Of a stretch of DNA of 64,000 bases, positions 14,201 to 28,528 are shown one piece after another. Source of the stretch: Phoronis australis (Eukaryota; Animalia; Phoronida); contig NMRA01000123.1 of NCBI GenBank assembly GCA_002633005.1, forward strand, positions 162,893-226,892, in the 5' to 3' direction. How positions within the stretch are numbered: position 1 is the stretch's first letter; every line of letters starts with the position of its first letter. Under the pieces are notes generated by a model. The model was not told the origin of the DNA. It did no database searches and worked only from the letters and a program-made list of their open reading frames with translations. The position numbers and the translations under genes were made by a program.

Positions 14201-15400
14201 GTCCATGTTCACAAGCAGTTCAGGGAATTAACAACAATAAATTTACACTTCGCACGTTCAAAATGTCAGTAACACGTGACAGTTTGGCTGGACTCAAAAC
14301 TTTTTTGAATTATGTACGAATAATTGTTTTTGTCACGTCTGCTCGTGACTGTATTTATGTAATATAAAGGAAAACTTTTAATTGACAATCTTCGTGCTTA
14401 AAACAAGGAACTGGCAATTGCTGTATTAATGATTAATCAATTAAAACGAATATGAAATACTCAATAGGATAAGCTCGTTTCCACGGTTAATACAGGGTGG
14501 GTCATAATTTTTAGTTATATCTTGTATTTGCTGGACAGCTGTCTGATCGGCTCGCCGATTCCAACTGCTTTAAAAAAACTTGATGGTTACAAATTCACGC
14601 GTCGACAAATTCCTTAAACAAACGGAATTGCTCTTGTCTCCATTCTTACAGAAAATTAACATCAAAAATTTCTCTAGGAGTTTTTAAACATTTCCTGCAT
14701 GCGAAAATAAAAGGAAAAACGCATGTAGAGTGTTTCAGTAACACCCTGTAGCTTCACAGGTGATAACAATTAGTCAACGCACCTGCGTTTTTAAGCACGC
14801 AATCTTCCTGTCTTGTTAGTTATATTTAACAAAACTATTTATTTCGTAAAATTGTTTTTAGATTAAAAATTTTTAAAAAGTTCTTTAAATATTTTGTTCC
14901 GATAAAGTTTTGCTTAAAACGCCAGAGATCTTCAGGGAATGTAACGGTCTCATCATTTGCGACTGAACAAAACTGCTATCAAAAATTACATTTTTGTCAA
15001 CAATTAAGTTCAATACCACGATTAATCTCTGAACATAACAGATAAATATGTCACTGTTAAAAAACAAATTTGTTCCTTACAACGAAATTTTTTACACTGT
15101 TGTGCAAAAATTTTGCTTTCAATGTCGTCTGGGGAGTTTTTTGAAGACTAGTGCGTGGATAACCATATCATAAGGTAAAGGATAAATATAAGTAGGTAAC
15201 AATTTATGCACATATGAAACATTAAAAAACGATTAATTTGTTTGCATGCAAGCGTACAAACATATAATCACTTTCGTACAACTGCCCAATCACTTTTGCT
15301 CTCCCCCCGTTTCCCGCCGTCACAAATTTCGCAATCCCTCGTCGCCAGCACATTTCGTCTCTTCCACAGTCGTAAAATCCAGGATTCCCCCTGGTAGTCT

Positions 15401-15752
15401 CCAGTGCCTGGTTGCATGAAACAGTCCCAAACAGAAACTCAACTAAATTCCCAAATCTTTTGTTAATTTCACTCACACATGTAATCTTTTTCTATCATTT
15501 CATCTTTATTATGAAATCCTCCTTGACTAATGACACTTTCTAATAATATAACTAAAAACTGAGCACTAAATTCAATGAAAATAACGGGGGACTTAATCCT
15601 TAAGTTAGGAGCGCTGCGTATCAAAGCCAAAGGTTGACTAAACGGCATAAGAAAGAACAATCTGTGTTTTCACATGTCCACAAATACCAAGTAGATTTAG
15701 GGCAATAAGCCGAGTCCTTATATTTATGACTTTTTCATGCAACTGAGCACTG
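15401..15752. mobile_element. Harbinger-like MITE
   Basis: cagtgcctggttgcatgaaa and tttcatgcaactgagcactg are inverted; a related left end lies near 61384. Confidence 0.55.
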
Positions 15753-18700
15753 GGTTTCTCGCATGTTTCCGTTATTTAGTTGGGGGCCGGGCAAGTTCTC
15801 CATGGCTATCTGCTTCCCACGAGTGAACGCGTCTTGGCTGCCAACTAACAAACCAAGCAGCGAATGACGTTTGTTCTCATGCAAGAACGAATAGTTTCTT
15901 GATAAATAAATTTCTGTCTACGAAGACTTTCGGAAAGATTCTCATCAAATCAAGCCACTGAATAGGAGGCAATTTATCTTAAGAGTTTTACATTTTACAT
16001 AGCCTTGTAGGCACTTGAAGACAGGGCCGTGTTCCATAGACCCCAAAACATCAGCCATACACTTGAGGCGAAAAAATCTTCACTTATGCAATGGAAATAG
16101 TGAAATTTATCCCATCCAATGACTGACATTTTGTTAGGTTACAGTGGTAAGGTCTCGAGTATACTCGCGAAACGCCTGGTTTCACTCATGTGATTTTGCG
16201 CGGTCTTGCTTTTGGCGAGTTTCATGGGTCTATAGAGTGCACATTTTGCTACAGTGTAGCTCAAGATTGTTTGTAATTTCATATGTTTTTGTCAGTGCAT
16301 GTTCGGAATAGAAGGATTTCGTTGATGTTGTGGCGAATCTAACCGAACTTCTTATCTCATTATTGACACAACACCCAATCTTTTCACCACTCTGTAAACT
16401 AATTTCAGAACGCATCACATGCAAATTGCAAAGCGTAAAACTCAAAATACACTTTTTACACGGCGGTGTCGCTGCCGTCAGAGTAAAGTTTATATTTGAT
16501 TATCGGAAATCACAATTAATGCCGCTGTTACCTATTTCCCAGTCACTTAATTATGAACAGGTATCGCACACCTGATTGTATTCGTATTGATAAGAGTGTA
16601 ATTAACCGCACCTTTTGTCATCTCTTCCTTGCCTGACTGTGTACTTCAACTGAAGTTAGCCGGAGTCTTCCTATTAGCCTATTATTCGCGGCTTCCACTT
16701 GAAAGTGATTTTAACTGAGAAAATGAAGTTTAGTCTGCTAGTGTCTAAACCAAGCCAACCGTATAACGATTATGACTACCATAGACGCTGGAAACAATGA
16801 CGGCGAACGTTCTAAGTCACTCACCTAGCTTGGAAGGTAATCAGGTGTTTGTGTGGTCACGTCAAGAAATTTCTATACAATTCATGCAATTAAATAATAT
16901 GTGTGCATAATTCTGTTTGTTCAATTCTGTCTGTTCTGTATTTGTAGGTGTAATTGTACTTTGGCTATCTGGTCTCCAAACAATGAGTGATTGATTGATC
17001 TAGTAGTAGTAAAGATATTTAATAATTTCTATGTGACTTGGTATATTTATATCTTACGCAGCTACACACGGCGACAAATAGACCGTCATCGCAAAATGTA
17101 AAGGTTTATTTATTACACCGGGTCTCTCTTCCGAGAATACGCGGAGAAATTTGGCGCACTTTTCGTACCCGCATCTCAGTAGAATACAACAAATTTCAAA
17201 GATAGAAATTTAACGGTCTTCTTTCAATGTTGTGTAAGCGATTTAACGGGAAATTTTGAGCATATCACATTTATCGTAGTTACAGTAATTTTGCTATGAG
17301 AAAACGTCACGTGACTCACGTGACACACACTCATTGCCATAGTTTCCTATTCCACAGAATTTCGAGGACATAACTAACATTTTCGAGGATCTACCCTTTC
17401 ACAAGAAATTTGGCGCACAGCAGTTTTCGTTAAAAAATGACTGATACCAAACTTAACAGTATACTAATCCCTGTTTTGCGGAGAGTTTACCAAGAGCTGA
17501 CTACGTCACCTGGAGATTCTGGTGTGCAACCTCCCTGAGTGATAAAGATATTCAAACACATGTTTCCCTCCGTCGTCGAGTAACTCGCCTCAAGCGTTTA
17601 GTCGCGCGTGCCGATGTATCAGACTTTGCTTCAAAAACCCACTGTTGAGGATTGGCAACAACAAGCCATAATTTCATTTTAAGATTTAAATGAACAGGCC
17701 GGAGATATTATCTCCGAATAGGGCCAAACCGTGTACTGTATAGTGTCCTCTTGAATGAACGAAGTAGAAACGCAATTTGCAAAAATAGCTTTTTTAGATA
17801 TCTTATATTTCATTTATATTTTTTGTGAGTTTCCCTGACATGTTGCCTGTTTTCATTTACTGAGTTTCCCACGCCTGGAAATTACTTTTGCCATTTTTGA
17901 AGTTTTCCATGCTGAGTTAGAGTCAAGAATCTTTATTGTCGAGCTACAGTACGTATGGCAAACAAAAACAATAACACGCGACGATGAACACTCTCAGTGA
18001 GTCCGAGGTACAGAGAAAAAAAATTTCACAACCATCATACACAAAAGTGGCCCCTGGCAATAATTCACGTGTCGAATAGAACAACACAATCCCACTGTCT
18101 TTATCTAAACGCTTTCCACGTCAATAATCACTCTTCACATAACAACCGTAACAACTACATAACGAAATGTGGCCCTTGGTCAGAAGACTAAGTATTAATT
18201 GTTTAAGGCCACGATCACATAGTGGTACATACCACATCATTTGTCTATTGATGGGGGCTTCACTGTCCTTTCAGTGCGCGCTCAACCTTGCAATGTACAG
18301 ATTCAAGGCGCCCTCGCCCGCGTTTAAATTTACTTTAACTCGTGTTGCAAATTAATTATATGTAAACGATTGTTGTTATCGCTGGAAGTAAAGTTTTATT
18401 GGATAGAAACGTGAGCGCTGATTAAGCCGCGCATCAAATAAAATGTACCTTGAAGTCAAAGTAGCGAATGGATGACGACAATATACGTAATTCAAGGCAT
18501 TAACGTCGGACTTCAGCGCTTGTCCAAACCGCCTTTTAGGAGAACGGGGAACACAAACGCGAGAATAGAATTGACAGAATAAAAGTTCTTTGTTGAGTTA
18601 GAAGTAATTTTCTTTTAATGTTGTATCTATAATTTTCATGAAAACGTTCTACAGCACAAACTCTAAAATTTTCTTTTAGTTGCGTTTCGAAGACAGAAAT

Positions 18701-21700
18701 CGAATTACGCCTTTTACTCTCATAAGGGTGTCGTAATATTCCTAACCAACATATGATTACATTTCCGTTACCAACTCAAGTCCCAACACTGTGTAGATTT
18801 CGAATCCGTCTTCTTGAGCAGCTGATGATTTCTTGCCCATAACGTGCACCAATTCGATTTTTCTCGCAAAAACACACTTTTGAGTTGGAATCTTTTCAAG
18901 GTCGTGCCTTAATTTTTAGATATTTTTGTTTCATAAGCACATTTAAATAAAAATTTCAGATTTCTGGATATCATGAAAAATACAATCGAAGACATAACGT
19001 TACTGAATTTTTCTCGCAACTGGTCTTTTAAAACTACAAAAATAGCAAGAAAACGAGTTAAATGAAGAGCATATCACAAAATCTACGATCTTACCTGATA
19101 CTAAAAGCCTTATCAGACAGTCACAGTTAGATTTTTATTCTTAGGCGTTTAAGACAATTTGTTCTTTTCAGTGCGTTTTATATCGGTAATCTAGTAAAAA
19201 ATTACCGATCAACAGAGAATTGGCTCGGAAATACAGGTTTCGGTTCTTTCGAATTTCGCCCACGGCCACAGAGGAGGATTTCTAACGAATGTTTTCGTAA
19301 CACAGAGAACACCGGGTGCCAAGGTTTCATTGCCTCCCCGAGAGATGTATTTCATAAGATTGGAAGACAAGAAGGAATCGCCCGCATCATTTTCGCTGTT
19401 TGCATAATTTTAGCAGTTAACGAAATGGCGGGAAATACTAAACAAAGCCTGTGTAATGTTTGATGATAGGGGTTTTTGAAAGAGTTTTTGTGTCTATGAA
19501 CACAGTTATGAGTGGAGACAAAACGCGTCTGAAGTCTCATTTCTTTCTGCCAGAAAAAGATGCGGGTTCGACAGTTGGCTAAATAACGACACGTTTTTGT
19601 TCACTACAGTAAATTGACAAGTACTTTAAAGAGTATTTAGAAACAAAAGTCTTTGTGTCACTACTAAACTCGATTAATGTTTATTAACCGTTTACACGGA
19701 ATAGCGATTTCAAATGCACAACGTTAAAAAATAACTGTCAATAGTGCTTCTTATTGCCATGGATACATAAGTTTCATAGCGCTAATTTTTAGATAAAAAT
19801 TATCTATGGGGGTTTTATGTTACTCTACACTCGGACTTGCGTGGCCTTGTCACAACACAAATGCAGAATGGAGCAGTCAAGGTATCCACACCTTGCGTCA
19901 TACTCATTACCTCTGGCATCTTTCAAACGTTGACAAGTTGGGGGATTGGTTGAAGCACGATTTGAACACTAGATTGGTCTGCCAATTAAGACTAATGTAT
20001 TTTGAGGCTTTAAATATATTGTTGAAATATTTAAGTGAATAATTACTTGTGTTTGCACTATATTGTATGGTTAAATTATATGTATTACACCTATTATGAT
20101 TCTGAATGACGTCAACATTCCCTGACAATCGTAATAACGATGGCTTCTATCATTTCTATTGTTGTTAGCGGCATTATCATTATTTTTGTTGTTGTTAGCG
20201 GCATTATCATTATTGCTTCGAATATCTACTCTTTTTCAAAGTAGTTATAAACTCACTTTCGGTCAAAGAAGCGAACTGTAGATTTAAGTTTACTCTGATG
20301 TAAATTTGACCTCAAGCCCTCAAGTAGTTCCTTATTCCGATGAAGTGAGTTATGGGTTTGCAAACAACTGACAAGGCTCGGAATATGACAAGACTCGCCG
20401 AGACAAAACTGTCAGAGCACGGTCGTAAACCAAAAAGGATCCGCCAATACTTCGAATTTCTGATATCACCCCTAATCTTATTAGAGAACAAATTAAGGCA
20501 AATTGCATAACGGTACTAAATCGGTTTTTGTGATGGAATGGTTTATAGACGCTTTAAACAGTTTGTTAAGTTCAACGAATGTCGTAAGCTGGGCAGAACA
20601 TTCCGTCTCCAATGACTTCCTATAAGGCTCCACCATTATGAAGTATCTACGCAAATCGTGAATTTCAATTGTCCCGTTGAAAAAGGTCGAGTGATGGCGA
20701 GGACAAAAATTGTCATATTGACCAAGTTTCACAAACAAACGATGCTACAAGTTTCAAATTTGTAATAATTGCGTCTTTTGTGTCCTACACTCACTTCTAT
20801 TTTAGTTGTTTGGAGGAGATAAGAAAAAAGCTTTGATGGTTAATGGCCCGATTACAACGGACTGAACAGATGTTTGAAACTGATAAGCACGATTCTGAGA
20901 TATTGCGGCAATCATTTTCCGACTATCTCCGACTATTTTCGAACGTCTTCGTTAGAAAGTAAAAACTTCGTGGTTAATACGGTGCGGCAAAGAGTGGCAC
21001 TCTGTCGGTTATTTACGTTGCCGCCAAAATCGCCACAAATCACCAACATCCGGGAACGGGACGGACCTCTTATTATGTGCTCACACTCGTACCAACCACA
21101 GCAATTCTTTATTTTAACTATTGCAAATAAATCGTTTTGAGCCACGCATATAAAACGTTCAGTTTCTAGAGGGGGAAACCAACTTGGCCATTATAAACGT
21201 AAGCCTAACTGCGCGTTTTAAAAAGCTGTTCTCCTTTCAGTCAAAAAATCGATAAATGTCTCGTTGATAAAAATTTGAAGCTATTTCTGAAACAGCATTG
21301 TCAGAAAAAAGTCAAGTATAAAACTGGGCGTTTCAGTTAAGATATTTTTTTTTGCAAATTCAGAGGAAAGAATCTTATTAATATAACACAGAAGAGTACA
21401 ATTTAGTACTGTGCCATGATTTAGGAGTGAGTCACGTGTCTTCTTTGGATAGCATATTAGTTTGGCTTCTCAGCCAACTTGCATCAGTTACTTACGGTGT
21501 TTACACAAAACTTGATTACAGGGTAAAAGGAAATCAATAATAATGGCCCAATCTTTGTTTATCGCTCGCATCGGTGCAAAATACACTTTTTGTGTCGAAT
21601 ACATTCAAAATCATCTATGACTAAATGTGCTTAGGTTAATAACGCTCCTCAAAACAAAGTTTGCCGTGAAGTACATTTTTCCTGTTGATGGTGACTACCG

Positions 21701-22756
21701 GTGCGCCTAATTACGCCCAGGTTTCGCACAGGCTCAATACACTTAAAATTCACCTACAGGCGCGGACTGGTGCCCCCCTCCTCTTATGAGCAGGTCTTGA
21801 ACTGCATGTGTCTGAGAACCTCAGCCCAGTACTTTTCAACCAAGTACTAATTAGTCCTGGCATAAAAAACAAGTCAAAACCTACACTGACAAATACTATA
21901 GAAAATTAGCACTCAAGTGTATCACATCAAGCGCACGCGCCTAAATTTGGATATGGACGTAACTTTACTAACAAGCTCGTAGGCTTAAAAACGCGCGCGT
22001 ATACACGTACGTTCACGTAATGACATATTCAACTGCAGATGGCCAGACGAAACAGTCACAAGCGCAGAACAATCGGAGATTTCTTGCTGTTCATCAGGGC
22101 GAAAACACGATCCCCGCCCTCCGTGCAGGGCGCATGTGCATGTTGATTACGACGTCAGCAAACTCACATAATTTAGACAGTCAAGCTGTTGTTGATTTCA
22201 GTTTAATTACACGCCCAGGGATACAGACCCTAGGTGGCGGGTAATCCGTGATCTGTGCCAATCGACTCTAGTAATGAAACGGTAACTAATTAATAGTTAC
22301 GTGTAAAGCGAATACTTTTCAATTGAAACACGAAATGACTAGTTTTTGATGCCCGGGGCTAACGCTCTGCGTGATCTAGTCTTGACCAGTTGTTTCAAAC
22401 GAGCTTTTCAGCTCTTTGTAATTCGAGACGAAATTCATAATCACGATTTTTAATAATTTGTCATTCGGTGCATATTAATTAGTAAGCGAAGAACAAAAAC
22501 AAAACTTTGTTGTCCATGAATTGGATTATATGTTCAATTGTTACCTTTAATAAACAGAAAGGTGACACAATAGTAAAACTATAGGGGGTACTGAGTACAA
22601 ACCCATCACTTAAGTCAAAAATTTCCCATTTGGAAACGGAAAATAAAAACCACCAATTTAACACGATATTTAATATGACTTACGTTACTTACAAGGACGT
22701 GGAATCAAGGCATCAAGAAGCCGAAAGCACAATTTTAAGTATAATCAAGTGCATAC

Positions 22757-23067
22757 CAGTGGCGGATTTAGGGGGGAGGGGCAAGGGGGGCATGGCCCCC
22801 CTGAAATTCTAACAAATGCCATTTGGCAGTTCGGGTGCGAATTGCTGGCTAGCACACGCGCACAACCAGGGGGCTCGGGGGAAGGGGGAGAATAAACATT
22901 GCATAGGCCACGAACAAACCCCGTTTACCGTTTTTTTAGTCAAAAGGTCTCAAACCCAAAAATTCGAGACCCCCGCATCCCTACATTTTTGGATGGGCGC
23001 GCATCTGCCGAAATTCTGTTTAGTCCTGTGCCCTGCCCCCCAACTCAAAATCCTGGATCCGCCCCTG
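22757..23067. mobile_element. Family A hAT-like non-autonomous element
   Basis: TIRs cagtggcggattta and ctggatccgcccctg; interior (atttggcagttcgggtgcgaattgctgg...cacaaccagggggct) is shared with 53933-54065. Confidence 0.75.
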
Positions 23068-26000
23068 CGTGATACGACAAATTATGTACGCTAGAAACAT
23101 GAATCAGTACCCCGTTGCTTTTTGGAAATAAATAGACTCGCAATCAGTGTAGAGATATTGATGTGGGGCCTAAGTAGTTGAGAAAGCAACTGATTTCTAT
23201 AAAATACTCAAGAGAGCTTGTACAACAATATTCTTAGAATTATGTCAAACATAACTTGAATTAATTCCTAGGCCTACTTATTGGCTCCGAATTGGTTACA
23301 GTTCAAGGTATTCCTGACAGACATAATTCGAATTTTTGTTGCGCATGGCCAAGATATCTGAAAGAGTCCCCTTTTCTTTCTTGGCAGATACTTTTTTAGA
23401 AAAAAATCGAAAAAACTCGAGGGGTTCAAAGTGGGAGAATTTCATCGTGACACCTTGGCTACATTTTCCATGCGCATGGCCGACATGCAAAACGATCCCG
23501 AAAACTATTTCAATTTGGCAACTAGCCGACAAAGGCTTCAGCTAGTTTCTATTTTGATAGCGAAACTGCAGACAACGTAAACTCTCTCTGGTATTTCAAG
23601 CTTACGGCCAATGAGGGCGTTGCGGTAGGGAATAGTTTCTGGAAGAGCCCATTATTAGAAGCTTTTCTTGGACACATAATCACTTCACGGAAAATGGATA
23701 AGTACTTCATATAGGGAAGCACTGAGTTTTCATAATGCAATTAACATAGCTGCTCCAAACCATCATAATACAACAGTGCACAGACAACGACACATGTGCC
23801 GATAGAACTGTGCAGGACCTGGCGTGCGTGACGTAGACGCGAGAACCTCGCGAAAACGCAAGACCACGCAAGATACCGCCATGCCATTACAAGCAAAGTA
23901 CGAGAACACATTAGCTTCCTTCGCGAGATTTTTGCATCTACGGAAGTCAGTCCAGATGCCCATTCCGCAGATACAATACAATCGCGAAAACGCAAGACTG
24001 CGGAAGGTAACGCCATGCATTTCACTTGAAGCACGTTGTCACACAAGCTTTTCACGTGACTCGCACGGCTGCCCGCTCAGTAGATAGAATGCACTCGGGA
24101 AAACGCAAGACCATTAAAGTCTTAGAAATAGTTATAGTAATTATAAAAATATATAAGTCCTAAGTTATATTGATTAATATATTTCATTGTCACAAAACAA
24201 ATCGAACAGAGTATCATGTGCTATTGTTGAACAAACTGCATGGATCTGACAAATGAATTAATTACTTCACTATTTTTCAACTTTTGACAGTTGCTGTTTT
24301 GGCAAGACATAGAAAGTAAACATAGTTTAATGCGTGAAAATTTGCTTTTTTAGTCAAAATTTCACATCAACTTCGACAGACTGACACCTGTATAGGCTTT
24401 ACTTTCAGATGAGATTCAAAATACAGTGACCTTGAAGATGAAACATGTAACTATGTTAAGAACTCTTGTCTCATCGCAGCCAGACCCAAATTGCAAAACC
24501 AACAGGCAGTTCTTATTTTTAAGATAAACTTTACAGATAATTTATTATACTGCAAAGGATGCCATTTTCAAAGAAAACACATACCATAGAGCAGTTTTAT
24601 ACGGACAACCCACACATTAATTTCTATTACAGTCCCAAAGTATAAGCGTAATAACAACAGTCAAAAGCCTATTCTTCTGGCTGTCTGAGTTCTCGTGGGT
24701 TGGTATAGTCACCTGCACAGGGCCCGCCCTGCAGGTGAACAGTCAGGCGCGAAAATGGTCTAAACCCTCACGAAACATTAAGTGAGCTCAACACGCACCA
24801 TTGTTGTAGAACATAGTTATACGCCTGTGTCCTCGTTTAGATTATTTTGAAAACGACTGCATGCACTTCACTGCAAATCTAAGACAAAGAGATAAACTTG
24901 GTCCCGATGTTATCTTTTACTTGAAATCGAACTCAAAAATATATTTGGCATTTATTCTTTTCCTTAATACTAACTCAAGACAGTTACCAATAATTTTGTG
25001 CTTGAGTATATCACGAATTACACAAAGCACTGCGTAGTCCACATTGGCAATTGATGACCCTTAGATCTGAGCCACAAACTTGAGCAAAAACTCAAGATTC
25101 TGAGTAAAACTCAAGACTTCGAGTTCACACTCAAATTAACGTTTATTCTAAAGTCACCAAGCGCAAATTAGGGTTACATGGTCATCCAGGTAAACCATGA
25201 TACACTGCGGCACACAATATTATATGCTTATCTTATGTTCACATACAAGTGTTAAAAATAATGTCAGTTTGATTTCCAGTAAAAAAAGATTAGATCTAGG
25301 ATCCAAATTGTTGAAAGAGCTGGGCTCAGCTGGCATCTAGGCTTGAAAAGGAGCGAAGAAGGCATCACATGTCCTACGGTCATCCAGCGCGGCTTGCAAT
25401 TCACATTTCAATAATTTTCAAGGGACAACAAAAATAGACATGTGCCATAAAGTTTGTAATAGAAGCGCGGTATTAGATATGTTGGAATTAATGAACGCCC
25501 GGTTTCGAATAGGAGCAACGTAGAAGAGGGTCTGGAATACTAACCGCGTGCTGCCACTTTGTTATAAAAAACACGAACATGAGTATACTGACAACACTGT
25601 ATGGACCTGGAAGCTAGCAGTATGGCAGGATTTCATGTGTAATAAAACATTTGGATACTAAACTCTTAACTATGATAAAAGAACTTGATAATTCATTTGA
25701 TCTGAGGGCTGTCTGTGCAGGTTTCAATAACAAAACCGTTTGTTATGCACCACTTGGAATAATCTCTGGCAGCAGGTTTCGAAGATCGCATGTTGACATT
25801 GAATCCAATACGGATATTTTTTCAATTTAGAACACACTGCGGTGGAATAGTCTTAACATTATCTGATCTAAATTTTTCCACAAAAATGAACAGGAAAACT
25901 TACATTTCCAAAGTTTATGTTGTGAAATTGACATCAACAAAACAGAAATTAGAAATTATTAGCAAAACAGTTAACATATGAAAGTTGAAAACATAACGAT

Positions 26001-27798
26001 ATTGGTAATTATTTTTACTTGAATTTTAAGAACCTTTTCCCTGGTAATAAAATCTGGCCTAAGAAAGGCCGACACAAATGGTTTTAATCTTGATCTAGAG
26101 TGAGGAAGCTATGCATTGAGGACAGGCTGAAAAATGACAAACAAAAAAGCTTCTCAATTGTTTAGAGAAGAATTTGACCATATTTTTAGACATGTGAAAA
26201 CTTTCAAGGTAATGAGAGACAGACAGACAAATTTCTCAGGAGAAACAACCTAACAAACAAGAAGAGTACTGCAGGGAGCGGAAATATTGATGAACTGATT
26301 AGATTCCTTTTAAATGTTCTGGTCTTCAACGGATGAAAGTAACTGCAACAAGGGTGGACAAACTGACAGAGAAAATGCAGGTTTGAAAAACAGGAAACCA
26401 AATTCAGCATTGGCCAAGCTGCAAAGGCAAAGGTGCGAACCCAAACCATTTTAAAAGGAAAGAATGAAGAACCTGTGCTGGCAAGTGGAAGAATCCCTGT
26501 GTCATGTGTGGTTATGCAATAGTTGGATGAACAATGTCTCACAACCAAGTGAATACAGGAAATTTGGAAACAACTTGTAATTGGCAAGAGACTGTTGGCA
26601 TGGGACTATTAGCAGCCAAAGACAAAGTAAGCAATTTGCAAACGTACCTCCCTAATTCCAGGAGACTGCATTGGGTTGCTTCAAGCTCCCAACACACGGT
26701 TCAAAGAATCCTACACGCACTCATTTGAAGAATGAATGTCTTAAAGACTGTATGCCAACAAACCAGCTGGTAACAAGTGGCCACCTAGCACATTACAGAT
26801 GTCTGCAAGGGAGACTTGTCTGGCACAAGCTTACATACCTTTCTTCTTTCAATTCACACAGTCAGTCGCAGTAATAGAAGATAACCTGGGCCCACAGTAT
26901 AATCTTTCAAATTGAAATTGAAATTTTTTCAGATTTCCTGTTCTACCTTTGCGCAAATTCGAGAGAAGTGTCTAGTATTCTGTACTGAACATAACACATG
27001 ATTTATGCAAGTTCCCACTTGATGACCCACAGATTCGTGGCAAAAACTGGAGTAAAAATTCGGGATTTAGAAAAAAAAAACTTAAAATTTCAAGCTATAA
27101 ATGAGTTTATACATTAAACGCTGAGGTAATCAAGTGCAAACTAGCCTTAAGTCATCCAAAAAACCATAAGATACTCTAATTTTGAATTTCAATAAAAGTA
27201 ACAGGGAAAGTGCAAAAATAATTCCCAGCACAATTTCAAATACTAAAGCTTCCCCGGGCCCAAATCACATTGCTTCGAAGACGGAGAAGAAGCCTAGGGT
27301 ACGGATTCATGCCTCAGACAGTGAATAGGAGACTGATCAAGTCACAGCCGAGGAAACACGGGATCCATTTACCAAAGTGGATAGCAACACAGAAATGAAC
27401 GTTCAGTTAATGAAGTCTCTGAGGAAGATCTGGTCATCTGATCTTTGTAAACGATTGCTAGATGAAAGGAATATAACTATACTAAATGTGAGCTTCTCTT
27501 AATCAACTTCTTGAACTGATTGACACTACTGGCTATATTGACATTGTAGCTAAGAACTATAAAATGAGTTAATTAAACAGTCAAAGTTGCCAATGTGAAT
27601 AAATTCTAGATTAATTTCGCACTTTATGAACGACAGGAGTTTGTGGATTTTTCAATAAAGTCTAATAAGGTACAAAATAATGTAGGCTTTCACCACAGCT
27701 AGAGGTCAAAGGGCAATTAGTCTGTGCACCATTGTTGTTTTGGCTAAAAATTTTCTAAACACATCTCTATCAATAACCCACAGTGCTATAGTTCTATT

Positions 27799-27804
27799 TT
27801 TATT
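27799..27804 (-). terminator. Candidate poly(A) signal of Spindly
   Basis: AATAAA on the minus strand about 330 nt after the stop codon. Confidence 0.35.
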
Positions 27805-28130
27805 GATCTTCAATATAAGTCCAGTATTGATAAGTGACAATGAAATAACAAAAAATATGAAACCATACATGAAATCCTGTGATGATGTAAAACAAACTGA
27901 TTGGCAAAGGCAACTTTTTGTTTACCACCGTACTTTTGGCCTTGTCATCAATATGCATTGCATCTCTAATAGAGGCCGACTTCAGAGTATGGTTGAAATT
28001 AATAAACGCTGGGCTTCCATTAGAACCTTTGGTACACATATTGTGTCAAATTCTTAACAATAGAAACAATTGAAAGCAAGGTTGATAATGTTTCCCTTAA
28101 ACTCGTTCCATAATAATCCCAGAAACACAA

Positions 28131-28528
28131 CTACTGAGTACTACACTCCCCCACATTATCACCAGATGGCGCCTTAATCACCTTGTGGTGTGTTTGCCGG
28201 CCACGAGGGCGCGCTGGTCTCTGGTTCTCACCGGCCCCTCTCTCCACAGTCTCTGTGTTTGTGTCCTGCTGATTATCGTCGCTACTCACGTCAAACACAT
28301 CCACCACCTCTGAGAGTCTGACAGATTTTCCTTTCACTGCCATCTTAGCTGGTGCTGGATCGTTTTCGATTGTAGCACAGGGCACATTCTCAGTGATCTT
28401 AGTATTGTCCGATAACACACAGCCCTTCTTGTCGACAGCTGTGCTTTCTTGTTGACTGGTGTCTTGTTTCTTAAAGCCAGGGATCTGCTCCACAAAGTAC
28501 CTCTTGGCAGTAGCCTTCTTGCATTTCT
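28131..28528 (-). CDS. SPDL1: Spindly terminal exon with farnesylation motif
   Basis: ttttag| acceptor in phase 1 matches the exon 11 donor; ends ...NVGECSTQ-TAG. Confidence 0.88.
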
